DNA from: Clostridiales bacterium
GTDB taxonomy: Bacteria > Bacillota > Clostridia > Oscillospirales > Oscillospiraceae
NCBI GenBank assembly: GCA_029267755.1
Contig: JAJUHS010000001.1
Coordinates: 1-58,089, forward strand
Direction: 5' to 3'
DNA length: 58,089 bases
Shown here: positions 25,402 through 36,176 of the stretch, in pieces
How positions within the stretch are numbered: the first letter of the stretch is position 1
Layout of the letters: each line of letters begins with the position of its first letter
Notes under the pieces: model-generated
Database searches by the model: none
What the model was told of the DNA's origin: nothing
Seen by the model: the letters and a program-made list of their open reading frames with translations, nothing else
Made by a program: the position numbers and the translations under genes

Positions 25402-27435
25402 ATGAAAAGGATGAAAAAAGCACTCGGACTTCTGCTGCTTATAGCGGCGATCATGGCACTTTTCGCGGTAACGGCGTATGCGGTCGAAGCCCCCTCCCCG
25501 GCTGATCCGACGGGAGCAAGCTACAGTACGCTGACCGGAGAAGAAACCCTCGGCGACGTCGCGGCTATCGCAGATACGGCAAAAAGCAGCGCGACCTACG
25601 TCTGGGTAATGATCTGCGCATTTATGGTTTTCTTCTTCCAGTGCGGGTTTGCAATGGTTGAGACCGGTTTTTGCCGCGGTAAGAACGCAGCTCATACCAT
25701 GACAATGAACTTTATGGTCTTTCTGGTCGGAGCCATAGGCTACTTCCTCGTCGGCTTTGCACTTCAGTTCGGCGGCTCAGGCGGCGCGGCGACACTCGGT
25801 TCCGGCGGTGCGGTGCTCGACGCAATGGTTTCAATCCCCGGCTTTGGCGGCATTCTGGGATACAAGGGCTTTATGCTTGGCGGTACTTATGATGCAGGCG
25901 TGTACCTCCTTTTCTTCTTCCAGATGGTGTTTATGGACACGACCGTTACGATTCCCACAGGCTCAATGGCAGAAAGAGTAAAGTACTCTGCCGTCATTAT
26001 CGCTTCGTTCTTTATATCCATGTTCTTCTATCCGCTTTTCGGTAACTGGGTATGGGGCGGCGGCTGGCTCTCGACTCTCGGCAAGAACTTCGGCCTCGGC
26101 CACGGCGTTGTTGACTTCGCGGGCTCGGCGGTTGTTCACTCGATGGGCGGTATGCTGGCCCTCTCCGGCGCAATAGTCATAGGCCCAAGAATCGGCAAAT
26201 TTAAAAAGGACGGCACTGCCAGGGCTTTCCCCGGGCACGACATCCCGATGGCGATTGTAGGTACGATAATCCTCTTTTTCTGCTGGTTTGCGTTTAACGC
26301 AGGGTCCACTCTGAACGCTTCCGACTTCCGTCTCGCGGTAGTCGCTACCAACACAATGATTGCGGGAGCAACAGGCGGTCTCGTCGCAATGTTCTATATG
26401 TGGATCAAGTACGGCAAGCCCGATCCTTCGATGACAGCGAACGGCGCTCTCGCCGGACTCGTCGCCATTACCGCTCCCTGTGCGTTCGTAAATGCTTTTT
26501 CTTCCCTTGTCATCGGCTTTATAGCGGCTATACTTGTTTGCATTTCGGTTCCCTTCGTCGAAAACAGGCTAAAGCTTGACGACCCTGTCGGCGCCATTTC
26601 GGTTCATGGAGTTAACGGTATCTGGGGTGTAATTTCCGTAGGTCTTTTTGCTGACGGCGTTTACGGCGACGGGCTCAACGGCGTACCGGGCGGCGTAACC
26701 GGCCTCTTCTTCGGCGGCGGCGCTTCACAGTTAATCGCACAGCTAATTGCGGTAGGCGTTCTCATAGTTTACGGCTTTGGCGTATCCTATATTTTCTATA
26801 AGGCGCTCGACAAGGTCTGGGGTCTTAGGGTTAAGCCGGAGGATGAGCTTGAAGGTCTCGATATCCCCGAGATGGGTGTTCTCGCATACCCTGACAGCCA
26901 ACTCGTCCGTTCGGAGCTTGACTATAACTCTTCAGACAACGCCCCTATAAGACAGCTTGAAAGATTCGGTAGCTGGACGAAAAAGGCTCTGCCCACGGCT
27001 CCCGCAAGCGTCAGCGCGGCGGTTCCCGTCGAACTTGTCGCAGGAGCCGCCCCCATTGCTTCCGACGTTAAGATTACGAAAATCGAGATCATTACAAAGC
27101 AGAGCAAGTTTGAGGCCTTAAAGGCAGCCATGAATGAAATCGGCGTGACCGGAATGACCGTGACCAATGTGCTCGGCTGCGGCATACAGAAGGGAAAAAC
27201 CGAATATTACCGAGGCGTTGAGGTTGAAATAAACCTCCTGCCCAAGGTGCAGGTCGAAATCGTCGTATCCAAGGTTCCCGTCAGAACCGTAATTGAAACC
27301 GCGAAAAAGGTTCTATATACCGGCCATATCGGCGACGGAAAGATCTTCGTTTACGACGTCGAGAATGTTGTCAAGGTTCGTACCGGTGAGGAAGGATATG
27401 CGGCCTTACAGGACGAATCGGATCTGGAAGCCTGA
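25402..27435 (+). CDS. amt: Ammonium transporter (Amt) fused to a C-terminal PII (GlnB/GlnK-like) domain
   Basis: Amt body (FQCGFAMVETGF, DFAGSAVVHSMGG, ISVHGVNGIWG). A linker of about 90 aa follows. The PII domain from 27070 reads KIEIITKQSKFEALKAAMNEIGVTGMTVTNVLGCGIQKGKTEYYRGVE...GDGKIFVYDVE. Start set to ATG 25402, 5 nt after GAGGTGA; the ORF-track start 25393 is a GTG inside that RBS. Confidence 0.9.
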   Translation: MKRMKKALGLLLLIAAIMALFAVTAYAVEAPSPADPTGASYSTLTGEETLGDVAAIADTAKSSATYVWVMICAFMVFFFQCGFAMVETGFCRGKNAAHTMTMNFMVFLVGAIGYFLVGFALQFGGSGGAATLGSGGAVLDAMVSIPGFGGILGYKGFMLGGTYDAGVYLLFFFQMVFMDTTVTIPTGSMAERVKYSAVIIASFFISMFFYPLFGNWVWGGGWLSTLGKNFGLGHGVVDFAGSAVVHSMGGMLALSGAIVIGPRIGKFKKDGTARAFPGHDIPMAIVGTIILFFCWFAFNAGSTLNASDFRLAVVATNTMIAGATGGLVAMFYMWIKYGKPDPSMTANGALAGLVAITAPCAFVNAFSSLVIGFIAAILVCISVPFVENRLKLDDPVGAISVHGVNGIWGVISVGLFADGVYGDGLNGVPGGVTGLFFGGGASQLIAQLIAVGVLIVYGFGVSYIFYKALDKVWGLRVKPEDELEGLDIPEMGVLAYPDSQLVRSELDYNSSDNAPIRQLERFGSWTKKALPTAPASVSAAVPVELVAGAAPIASDVKITKIEIITKQSKFEALKAAMNEIGVTGMTVTNVLGCGIQKGKTEYYRGVEVEINLLPKVQVEIVVSKVPVRTVIETAKKVLYTGHIGDGKIFVYDVENVVKVRTGEEGYAALQDESDLEA

Positions 27436-27448
27436 CAGTTAAAAACAG

Positions 27449-27485
27449 AAGAGGCTTGTCTTTAGCGGCAAGCCTCTTGCTTGTC
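27449..27485 (+). terminator. Probable terminator after amt-PII
   Basis: AAGAGGCTTG (27449-27458) pairs with CAAGCCTCTT (27469-27478). The downstream tail GCTTGTCG is only weakly T-rich. Confidence 0.45.
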
Positions 27486-27565
27486 GAAATAATACTGTGA
27501 CGTTCTTCAAATTGCCCGACGTTTTAGTCAATTCAAACAACATTACTCTTTATTGTAAAAAAGTG

Positions 27566-27594
27566 TTGACAGCGCCAAATGCATATGCTATCAT
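27566..27594 (+). promoter_or_regulatory. Sigma-A promoter of the BCAA operon leader
   Basis: TTGACA (27566-27571), 17-nt spacer, TATCAT (27589-27594) preceded by TGc (extended -10 type). Confidence 0.6.
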
Positions 27595-27630
27595 GAATCC
27601 AATTTATAGTATCTGAAAGGAAATCCTTCA

Positions 27631-27726
27631 ATGCTGTTGTCTGTTGTATCCATTATTATACTTAGCGTTATTCTTGGCATTCTTGTCATTGATAACGCTG
27701 GTTTTGGTTGCATACAGGCAGGTTGA
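27631..27726 (+). CDS. Candidate Ile/Leu/Val-rich leader peptide 1 (31 aa)
   Basis: My own translation: MLLSVVSIIILSVILGILVIDNAGFGCIQAG*. 16 of 31 residues are I/L/V. RBS GAAAGGAAA 7 nt upstream. Not in the ORF track because it is under 60 aa. Confidence 0.6.
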   Translation: MLLSVVSIIILSVILGILVIDNAGFGCIQAG

Positions 27727-27744
27727 TTGAATATCAGGATAATC

Positions 27745-27785
27745 AAAAGCCTTGTAGTGTAACCGCTGCAAGGCTTTATGTTTTA
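27745..27785 (+). terminator. Attenuator terminator 1
   Basis: AAAGCCTTGTAG pairs with CTGCAAGGCTTT (12 bp, one G:U) around an 8-nt loop, followed by ATGTTTTAT. Confidence 0.6.
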
Positions 27786-27820
27786 TATAGGAGTTCTGAA
27801 AAATGTTTAAGAGGATCCGC

Positions 27821-27928
27821 ATGGAAGGCATAATTATAATTCTTGTACTCGTTATCGTACTTATTATCGATAGCGTTGGTTCGGTTTTGCCTGATAGCGG
27901 AAGCTGCTTGAAAACCCAAACGGTTTAA
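27821..27928 (+). CDS. Candidate Ile/Leu/Val-rich leader peptide 2 (35 aa, or 41 aa from ATG 27803)
   Basis: MEGIIIILVLVIVLIIDSVGSVLPDSGSCLKTQTV* has 13 consecutive I/L/V codons. RBS AAGAGGA 6 nt upstream of ATG 27821. The in-frame ATG 27803 (MFKRIR...) follows TAGGAG. Confidence 0.55.
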   Translation: MEGIIIILVLVIVLIIDSVGSVLPDSGSCLKTQTV

Positions 27929-27934
27929 GTAAGC

Positions 27935-27973
27935 GGGGCCTAAGGTGAAACCACCTTAGGCCCCTAGTTGTTT
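27935..27973 (+). terminator. Attenuator terminator 2
   Basis: Perfect 13-bp stem GGGGCCTAAGGTG (27935-27947) / CACCTTAGGCCCC (27952-27964) with a 4-nt loop. The tail TAGTTGTTT is weak. Confidence 0.55.
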
Positions 27974-28001
27974 AATACGAATTGTTGAGGAGGATACTAC
28001 T

Positions 28002-29531
28002 ATGAACGACCGAGTTAAAATTTTCGACACGACCTTGCGGGACGGCGAGCAATCGCCCGGGTGCAGCATGAATTTAAGGGAAAAGCTGGATGTTGCGCGT
28101 CGCCTTGAGCTTCTGAAGGTCGATGTTATAGAGGCGGGCTTCGCAGCCTCCTCACCCGGAGATTTTGAAGCCGTAAAAGCCGTGGCCGATAGGATAAGAG
28201 GCTGCACGGTCGCGTCGCTGGCCAGATGCAACAGGGTCGACATAGACGCAGCTTTCGAAGCTATCAGGAACGCCGCCGACCCGCGCATCCACGTTTTCCT
28301 TGCCACCTCTCCTGTCCATATGCAGTATAAACTGCGCATGACGCAGGAGCAGGTTCTTGAAGCAATAGCGGAGATGGTTAAATACGCAAAGAGCAAGTGC
28401 TCCAACATCGAGTTCTCGGCCGAGGACGCAATGCGCTCCGAGCCCGAATTTCTCGCAAAAGCCGTCGAAGCAGCGATTAATGCCGGCGCGAACGTAGTGA
28501 ATATTCCCGATACCGTCGGCTACGCCACCCCATCGGAAATGCGTGAAATGATTGAGTATCTGCGCAATACCGTTCCCGGCTGCAATGATATCGAGCTTTC
28601 GGTCCACTGCCACAACGACCTTGGCATGGCGACGGCGAACTCGCTCGCCGGCGTCCTCGGCGGAGCGAGACAGGTAGAGTGCACCATAAACGGGATCGGA
28701 GAAAGGGCTGGCAACGCTTCCCTGGAGGAGGTTGTGATGGCCATCAACACCCGTAAGGAGCTTTACGGAGTTTCGACCAATATCGATACCACGAAAATCT
28801 ATAAGACCAGCATGCTCGTCTACAATATAATCGGCAGAACCGCGCCGATGAACAAACCCATTGTAGGAACAAACGCCTTCGCGCACGAGGCCGGAATCCA
28901 CCAGCACGGCGTTTTGGCGAACAGAAGCACCTATGAAATAATGACTCCCGAATCTGTCGGCATAAAGGTGAACCAGATGGTGCTCGGAAAGCATTCCGGC
29001 AAGCATGCCTTTGAAGCAAGGCTTATCGAGCTTGGCTTCGAACTTAGCCCCGAGGAGCTTGAAAGCTGCTTTGCGGAGTTTAAAAAGCTGAGCGACAAGA
29101 AAAAGGAAATTTCGGACAGCGATCTTGAGGCGCTAGCGCGCAATAGAACGCCCGCCGACAAGGAGGAGGGCTTCGTCCTGGAACGCTTCACGGTGCAGGC
29201 CGGCAACATGACCTCCGCAACCTCGGTGGTAGTTCTGAAAAAGAACGGCGAGCTTTTCGAGGACGTCGCGCTGGGCGACGGCCCGGTAGACGCAGCCTTT
29301 AAGGCAGTGGACAAAATCATGGTGCCTCCCGAGCATAGCTTTGAAACCTATTCGACGCATTCTGTCTCCGAAGGCAAGGATACTCTGGGAGAGGTTGTGG
29401 TAACGCTCAGGAAGAGCGACAGGCTCTTTGTCGGCAAAGGCCTCTCCACGGATACGATTGAAGCGAGCATACTTGCGTATATTGCGGCTCTTAACAAGCT
29501 TATTAAATTCTCCCAACCTGTATTGAATTAG
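28002..29531 (+). CDS. leuA: 2-isopropylmalate synthase
   Basis: IFDTTLRDGEQSPG, HCHNDLGMATANS and a C-terminal LeuA regulatory domain. RBS GAGGAGG. Confidence 0.93.
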   Translation: MNDRVKIFDTTLRDGEQSPGCSMNLREKLDVARRLELLKVDVIEAGFAASSPGDFEAVKAVADRIRGCTVASLARCNRVDIDAAFEAIRNAADPRIHVFLATSPVHMQYKLRMTQEQVLEAIAEMVKYAKSKCSNIEFSAEDAMRSEPEFLAKAVEAAINAGANVVNIPDTVGYATPSEMREMIEYLRNTVPGCNDIELSVHCHNDLGMATANSLAGVLGGARQVECTINGIGERAGNASLEEVVMAINTRKELYGVSTNIDTTKIYKTSMLVYNIIGRTAPMNKPIVGTNAFAHEAGIHQHGVLANRSTYEIMTPESVGIKVNQMVLGKHSGKHAFEARLIELGFELSPEELESCFAEFKKLSDKKKEISDSDLEALARNRTPADKEEGFVLERFTVQAGNMTSATSVVVLKKNGELFEDVALGDGPVDAAFKAVDKIMVPPEHSFETYSTHSVSEGKDTLGEVVVTLRKSDRLFVGKGLSTDTIEASILAYIAALNKLIKFSQPVLN

Positions 29532-29568
29532 GGGTGAACAGTATGAAACAATTTCAGGCTTTAATTGA

Positions 29569-29680
29569 TTCAAGTGCGTTTTTATCGCCGCTTTTGCTGC
29601 AACCGAAAAGCATGCACATTATGGCCATTCCTCTTCATGGTCGTTTTGTGCCCAGAACGATGCGAAAGGAATGGTCATAA
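29569..29680 (+). repeat. Copy A of the intergenic element plus a structured leuA-ilvB spacer
   Basis: TTCAAGTGCGTTTTTATCGCCGCTTTTGCTGCAACCGAAAAGCATGCACATTATGGCC aligns with copy B. The distal block GATGCGAAAGGAATGGTCATAA is also shared with copy B. CCATTCCT (29625-29632) can pair with AGGAATGG (29667-29674), which is the ilvB SD. Confidence 0.5.
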
Positions 29681-31342
29681 ATGACAGGCGCGCAAATAAT
29701 CATAGAAACACTAATTGAGCAGGGCATAGATACCGTTTTCGGTTATCCCGGCGGCGCGGTTCTGAATATTTATGACGAGCTTTACAAGGCGAGCGGCAGG
29801 ATACGCCACTTTATCACCTGCCACGAGCAGGGTGCCGCACATGCGGCTGACGGCTTTGCCAGGAGCACCGGTAAAACCGGAGTTGTAATTGCGACCTCGG
29901 GTCCGGGAGCCACGAATCTTGTGACAGGCATCGCGACGGCGTATCTTGACTCCTCCCCGCTTGTTGCGATCACCGGAAACGTCGGTCAGTCGCTCATCGG
30001 AAAGGATAGCTTCCAGGAAGTCGATATTACCGGCATAACGATGCCTATAACCAAGCACAACTATATCGTCAAGGATGTCGAAAAGCTCGCAGACATTATC
30101 AGGGAAGCGATAACGATAGCCAGCGTCGGCCGTCCCGGCCCTGTGCTGATAGACGTTCCGAAGGACATTCAGACCGCAAAATGCGAGTTCGTCCCGAAGG
30201 GCAAAGCGCCTCCTTCCGGCGCCGCGGAGATTTCGGACGAAGCTGTTAAGTCGGCTATAGAACTGATTGGCCAGTCGAAAAAGCCTTATATCTACGCAGG
30301 CGGTGGAGTGGTTATAGCGGACGCCTCCAAGGAGCTTTTGGAATTTGCGGATAAAATCGACGCCCCTATCGGACTCAGCATGATGGGTCTTTCGGCTGTT
30401 CCGGGCGATCACCCCAGAAATCTCGGAATGTCGGGCATGCACGGCAGATATGCCGCCTCCAAGATGCTGTTCGAGTCGGATCTTATCGTTGCGGTAGGAA
30501 CAAGGTTTTCAGACAGGGCCACCGGCTGCAAGATCAGCTTCTCCAGAGGCCGCAAGATACTGCACATCGATATCGACCCGGCCGAGATCGGCAAAAACAT
30601 ACCGGCTTACGTTTCGGTTATCGGAGATGTCAAGGCGGTTCTCAAAAAGCTTAATTTGCAGCTTGAAAAGACATCGCGCCCCGATTGGAAGTCCGAAATA
30701 GACGCCGTAAAATACAGCCCGGAAAACGAAATTCCGAGTTCCGGAAACGCGCTCCCGCCGCAGTATGTCATTGAAAGCGTGCGAAGCTTTATGAAGGACG
30801 ACGAGATCGCCGTTACCGACGTCGGACAACACCAAATGTGGGCCAGCCAGTTTTACAGGCTGGGAAACCCGAGGACCTTCATTACCTCCGGCGGGCTCGG
30901 CACGATGGGCTTCGGCATGGGGGCCGCGATAGGCGCCTGCATAGCCAATGGCAAAAAGCGTACCGTGCTCTTCACCGGCGACGGAAGCTTCCACATGAAC
31001 CTGAACGAGCTTGCGACCGCCGTAACAAACAATCTTCCGCTTATTATAGTCGTAATGAACAACAGCGTTCTCGGCATGGTAAGGCAGTGGCAGACAATAT
31101 TCTTCGACAGGCGCTACTCCAATACGACGCTTCAGCGAAAAACCGATTTTGTCAGGCTCGCCGAGGCGTTCGGAGCAGGCGGATACCGCGCCGAGAGCAA
31201 GGAAGCCTTCGACGCGGCGCTACGGAAAGCTTTTGATACCGATGGTCCCGTACTGATCGAAGCCGTCATAGACAGCGACGAGAAGGTGCTGCCGATGATC
31301 CCTCCCGGCGGCACAATAGACGATATTATTTTAAGGGGGTAG
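29681..31342 (+). CDS. ilvB: Acetolactate synthase large subunit (biosynthetic type)
   Basis: ThDP enzyme motifs (GYPGGAVL, GGLGTMGFGMGAAIG, GDGSFHMN). 553 aa. Confidence 0.93.
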   Translation: MTGAQIIIETLIEQGIDTVFGYPGGAVLNIYDELYKASGRIRHFITCHEQGAAHAADGFARSTGKTGVVIATSGPGATNLVTGIATAYLDSSPLVAITGNVGQSLIGKDSFQEVDITGITMPITKHNYIVKDVEKLADIIREAITIASVGRPGPVLIDVPKDIQTAKCEFVPKGKAPPSGAAEISDEAVKSAIELIGQSKKPYIYAGGGVVIADASKELLEFADKIDAPIGLSMMGLSAVPGDHPRNLGMSGMHGRYAASKMLFESDLIVAVGTRFSDRATGCKISFSRGRKILHIDIDPAEIGKNIPAYVSVIGDVKAVLKKLNLQLEKTSRPDWKSEIDAVKYSPENEIPSSGNALPPQYVIESVRSFMKDDEIAVTDVGQHQMWASQFYRLGNPRTFITSGGLGTMGFGMGAAIGACIANGKKRTVLFTGDGSFHMNLNELATAVTNNLPLIIVVMNNSVLGMVRQWQTIFFDRRYSNTTLQRKTDFVRLAEAFGAGGYRAESKEAFDAALRKAFDTDGPVLIEAVIDSDEKVLPMIPPGGTIDDIILRG

Positions 31343-31346
31343 CAGG

Positions 31347-32860
<1,514 letters not shown>

Positions 32861-32869
32861 GGTATGCTG

Positions 32870-34534
32870 ATGAGAAGTGACAGTGTTTTAAGAGGAGTTG
32901 AACGCGCCCCGCACCGTTCGCTCTTCAAGGCCATGGGCTACACCGACGGGCAGCTGAAAAAGCCGCTGATTGGAATCGTAAACTCCTTCAACGAAATTAT
33001 TCCCGGTCATATGCACCTGAACCAGATAGCCCGGGCGGTCAAGGACGGCGTACTAGCGTCCGGCGGAACGCCGATCGAATTCAACACCATCGGAATCTGC
33101 GACGGCATTGCGATGGGCCACGAGGGCATGAAATTCTCCCTCGCAAGCCGCGAGCTTATTGCCGACAGTATTGAGTGCATGGTAATGGCGCACTGCTTTG
33201 ACGGACTTGTGTTCATCCCGAACTGTGACAAGATCATTCCCGGAATGCTGATGGCGGCGGCGAGACTGAACATCCCCTCTATTTTCGTATCGGGCGGCCC
33301 CATGCTCTCGCTCGAGGGCAAAAACGGAAAGTTCATGGATCTAAACACTGTGTTCGAGGCAGTAGGCTCCTGCAAGGCCGGCACCATGAACGAAGCGGAA
33401 CTCTCCTATTACGAGGATAACGCCTGCCCCGGCTGCGGCTCCTGTGCCGGAATGTTCACCGCGAACTCCATGAACTGCCTTTCGGAGGCGCTCGGTATGG
33501 CGCTTTCCGGAAACGGCACGATTCCTGCTGTGTATGCGTCGCGTTTAAGGCTTGCGAAAGCCGCCGGAGCACAGATAATGGATCTCGTCAGAGAAAATAT
33601 AAGGCCGCTGGATATCATGACCGAAAAGGCATTTAAAAACGCCCTTGCCGTAGACATGTCGCTAGGCTGTTCTACGAACTCTGTTCTGCACCTCACCGCG
33701 ATAGCGAACGAGGCTGGCGTCAGAATCGACCTGAGAAAGATTAACGAAATAAGCGAAAGCACGCCAAACCTCTGCAAGCTCTCCCCCGCCGGCCCTCACC
33801 ATTTGCAGGACCTTAACGCTGCGGGCGGCGTACATGCTGTTATGAGCGAGCTTCTGAAAGCGGGGCTTTTGGACGGCGCTTCGATTACCGTCACCGGCAA
33901 AACCGTCGCCGAGAACCTTTATGGAGTCCGCATACTCGATAGCAATGTAATCAGGAGCATAGATAACGCTTACTCCAAATCCGGGGGAATCGCAATTTTG
34001 TTCGGCTCCCTCGCTCCTGACGGCGCTGTCGTCAAGCGCAGCGCGGTAGCCCCGGAAATGCAGCATCACAAGGGACCGGCAAGGGTCTTTGAATCCGAGG
34101 AGCAGGCAATAAAAGCCATCTACTCGGGAGCGATTCATCCCGGCGACGTAGTCGTCATCAGGAACGAAGGCCCCGCAGGCGGCCCGGGAATGCGTGAAAT
34201 GCTGCTTCCAACCTCCGCAATTGCGGGAATGGGCCTAGACAAGGATGTCGCCCTGATTACCGACGGGCGTTTTTCCGGCGCCACAAGGGGCGCGGCTGTC
34301 GGTCACGTTTCTCCCGAAGCGCAGCGGAGCGGCCCCATTGCTTATGTCTGTGAGGGAGATACTATTGAGATTAACATCCCGGAATACCGTCTTGACCTGC
34401 TTATCAGCGACGATGAGCTTGAGCGCAGAAAAAAGACCATGGCGCTTTATCCTCAGCCGGAAAGAAAGGGCTACCTTAACCGCTATTCCAGAATGGTATC
34501 CTCTGCCGACAGAGGCGCGGTGCTGTCATACTAA
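32870..34534 (+). CDS. ilvD: Dihydroxy-acid dehydratase
   Basis: MRSDSVLRG..., [26 protein letters not shown] 32870 has 7-nt spacing from GAGG; ATG 32864 is too close to it. Confidence 0.95.
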   Translation: MRSDSVLRGVERAPHRSLFKAMGYTDGQLKKPLIGIVNSFNEIIPGHMHLNQIARAVKDGVLASGGTPIEFNTIGICDGIAMGHEGMKFSLASRELIADSIECMVMAHCFDGLVFIPNCDKIIPGMLMAAARLNIPSIFVSGGPMLSLEGKNGKFMDLNTVFEAVGSCKAGTMNEAELSYYEDNACPGCGSCAGMFTANSMNCLSEALGMALSGNGTIPAVYASRLRLAKAAGAQIMDLVRENIRPLDIMTEKAFKNALAVDMSLGCSTNSVLHLTAIANEAGVRIDLRKINEISESTPNLCKLSPAGPHHLQDLNAAGGVHAVMSELLKAGLLDGASITVTGKTVAENLYGVRILDSNVIRSIDNAYSKSGGIAILFGSLAPDGAVVKRSAVAPEMQHHKGPARVFESEEQAIKAIYSGAIHPGDVVVIRNEGPAGGPGMREMLLPTSAIAGMGLDKDVALITDGRFSGATRGAAVGHVSPEAQRSGPIAYVCEGDTIEINIPEYRLDLLISDDELERRKKTMALYPQPERKGYLNRYSRMVSSADRGAVLSY

Positions 34535-34576
34535 AGCCAGTTTTGCCAAAAATCAAATTGAAACGAGGTGAGTAAA

Positions 34577-36160
34577 GTGAAACGACTTGAAATATTTGAT
34601 TCTATCCTGCGGGACGGCGCTCAGGGAGAGGGTATCTCGTTTTCCGTTCAGGATAAGCTAAACATTGTCCACGCACTTGATGAATTTGGAGTGGCGTATA
34701 TTGAAGCGGGAAACCCATCCTCAAACCCGAAGGATATTGAATTTTTTCAAAAGGCCTCTAAGCTGAAGCTTAAAAATGCCAAGCTCTGCGCATTCGGAAG
34801 CACAAGAAGGAAGGGAATGCGCGCCGACGAGGATGAAAACGTTCTTTCTCTGCTTAAGGCCGATACTCGCGCCGTTTCAATTTTCGGCAAAGCGTGGGAT
34901 ATCCACGCGACCGAAATTATAAAGGTCTCGCTTGAAGAAAATATTGAAATGGTAAGAGAAACCGTATCATTTTTGAAAAGCAAGGGCAAGGAGCTTATTT
35001 TCGACGCCGAGCATTTCTTTGACGGCTACAAGAATAATCCCGAATACGCGCTGACGGTGCTTAAGGCCGCCGCCGAGGGCGGCGCCGACGCGCTCTGCCT
35101 CTGCGATACGAACGGTGGGACCTTCCCGGACGAGGTTTTTGAAATCACAAAGCTCGTATGCGAAATGTACCCTAATCTTCGCATAGGCATACACTGCCAC
35201 AACGACACCGGCTGCGCGGTTGCGAATTCGCTTATGGCCGTTAAGGCGGGCGCTGTGCAGATACAGGGTACGTTTACCGGCATCGGCGAGCGCTGCGGCA
35301 ATGCGGATCTCAGCGTACTTATCGCCGACCTGCAGCTCAAAAAGGGTTATCGCTGCGTAGAGGGAGATATGAGCCGGCTTTCCGATACCGTGATAAGGAT
35401 ATCGTCAATTTCCAATCTCATTGTGCCCAAGGATAAACCGTTTACCGGCGAAAGCGCATTTGCGCACAAGGGTGGAATGCATATTGACGGGGTTTCAAAG
35501 CTTCCCAGCTCATTTGAGCACATCGACCCCGAGACTGTCGGCAACGCAAGGCGCTTTTTGATGTCCGAGGTGTCTGGAAGAACCACCATCCTTGCAAAGC
35601 TTAAGGATATCGCCCCAGAATTCACCAAGGATTCCCCTGAGGTTATTGAAATCATGAGGCGGCTGAAGCAGCAAGAGCATGAGGGCTATCAGTTCGAATC
35701 CGCCGACGCGAGCCTGGAGCTTTTCATCCTCAAGGTTTTAGGCAGATATAAGCCTCATTTTGAGCTCAATATGTATAAAACGACCGGCGAATACCCGGCG
35801 GCGAACCCCGAGCTGGCTTCATATGCGATGATAAATATTGAGGTTGACGGCGAAAATGAAACAGCGGCGTCACTTGGGAACGGCCCTGTTCATGCCCTCG
35901 ACTCCGCCCTCCGCAAGGCTCTCGTGGTTTTCTACCCGCAGCTTTTAAAGATGCGCCTTATCGATTACAAGGTCAGGGTGCTTGAGGGCAGCCACGCCAC
36001 AGCGGCACAGGTAAGGGTTCTGATCGAATCCACAGATGGCGAAACCACCTGGACCACTGTCGGAGTATCCACCGACATTATTCAGGCAAGCTGGCTGGCT
36101 CTCGCTGATTCATTTGAATACATGCTTTCAAAAACAGCGAACGAGAAAGCCAAAGTCTGA
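34577..36160 (+). CDS. cimA: (R)-citramalate synthase (LeuA paralogue, CimA type)
   Basis: [40 protein letters not shown] and a C-terminal LeuA-dimer-type domain. GTG 34577 follows GAGGTGA; GTG 34568 is also possible. The CimA versus LeuA assignment rests on the N-terminal motif pattern recalled from memory. Confidence 0.75.
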   Translation: MKRLEIFDSILRDGAQGEGISFSVQDKLNIVHALDEFGVAYIEAGNPSSNPKDIEFFQKASKLKLKNAKLCAFGSTRRKGMRADEDENVLSLLKADTRAVSIFGKAWDIHATEIIKVSLEENIEMVRETVSFLKSKGKELIFDAEHFFDGYKNNPEYALTVLKAAAEGGADALCLCDTNGGTFPDEVFEITKLVCEMYPNLRIGIHCHNDTGCAVANSLMAVKAGAVQIQGTFTGIGERCGNADLSVLIADLQLKKGYRCVEGDMSRLSDTVIRISSISNLIVPKDKPFTGESAFAHKGGMHIDGVSKLPSSFEHIDPETVGNARRFLMSEVSGRTTILAKLKDIAPEFTKDSPEVIEIMRRLKQQEHEGYQFESADASLELFILKVLGRYKPHFELNMYKTTGEYPAANPELASYAMINIEVDGENETAASLGNGPVHALDSALRKALVVFYPQLLKMRLIDYKVRVLEGSHATAAQVRVLIESTDGETTWTTVGVSTDIIQASWLALADSFEYMLSKTANEKAKV

Positions 36161-36176
36161 AATGATACGGAAATCA

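Noticed and set aside
27595-28001. T-box (tRNA-Leu) riboswitch upstream of leuA, as in the Bacillus ilv-leu operon
   Set aside because: No T-box sequence (..GGGTGGTACCGCG-like) or specifier-loop architecture could be found. The region is explained by the two leader ORFs and their terminators.
28152-29006. 284-aa ORF antisense to leuA, plus other antisense ORFs at 28744-29573
   Set aside because: leuA on the plus strand is unambiguous. The antisense products are low-complexity and Arg/Gly-rich.
29543-29680. 45-aa ORF (MKQFQALIDSSAFLSPLLLQPKSMHIMAIPLHGRFVPRTMRKEWS) filling the leuA-ilvB gap, considered as a leader or coupling peptide
   Set aside because: It is not enriched in Ile/Leu/Val runs. 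The homologous nucleotides of copy B are read in a different frame, so the conservation is at the nucleotide level. Translation cannot be fully excluded.
29711-30442. 243-aa ORF antisense to ilvB
   Set aside because: A shadow ORF inside a confidently identified ThDP enzyme gene.
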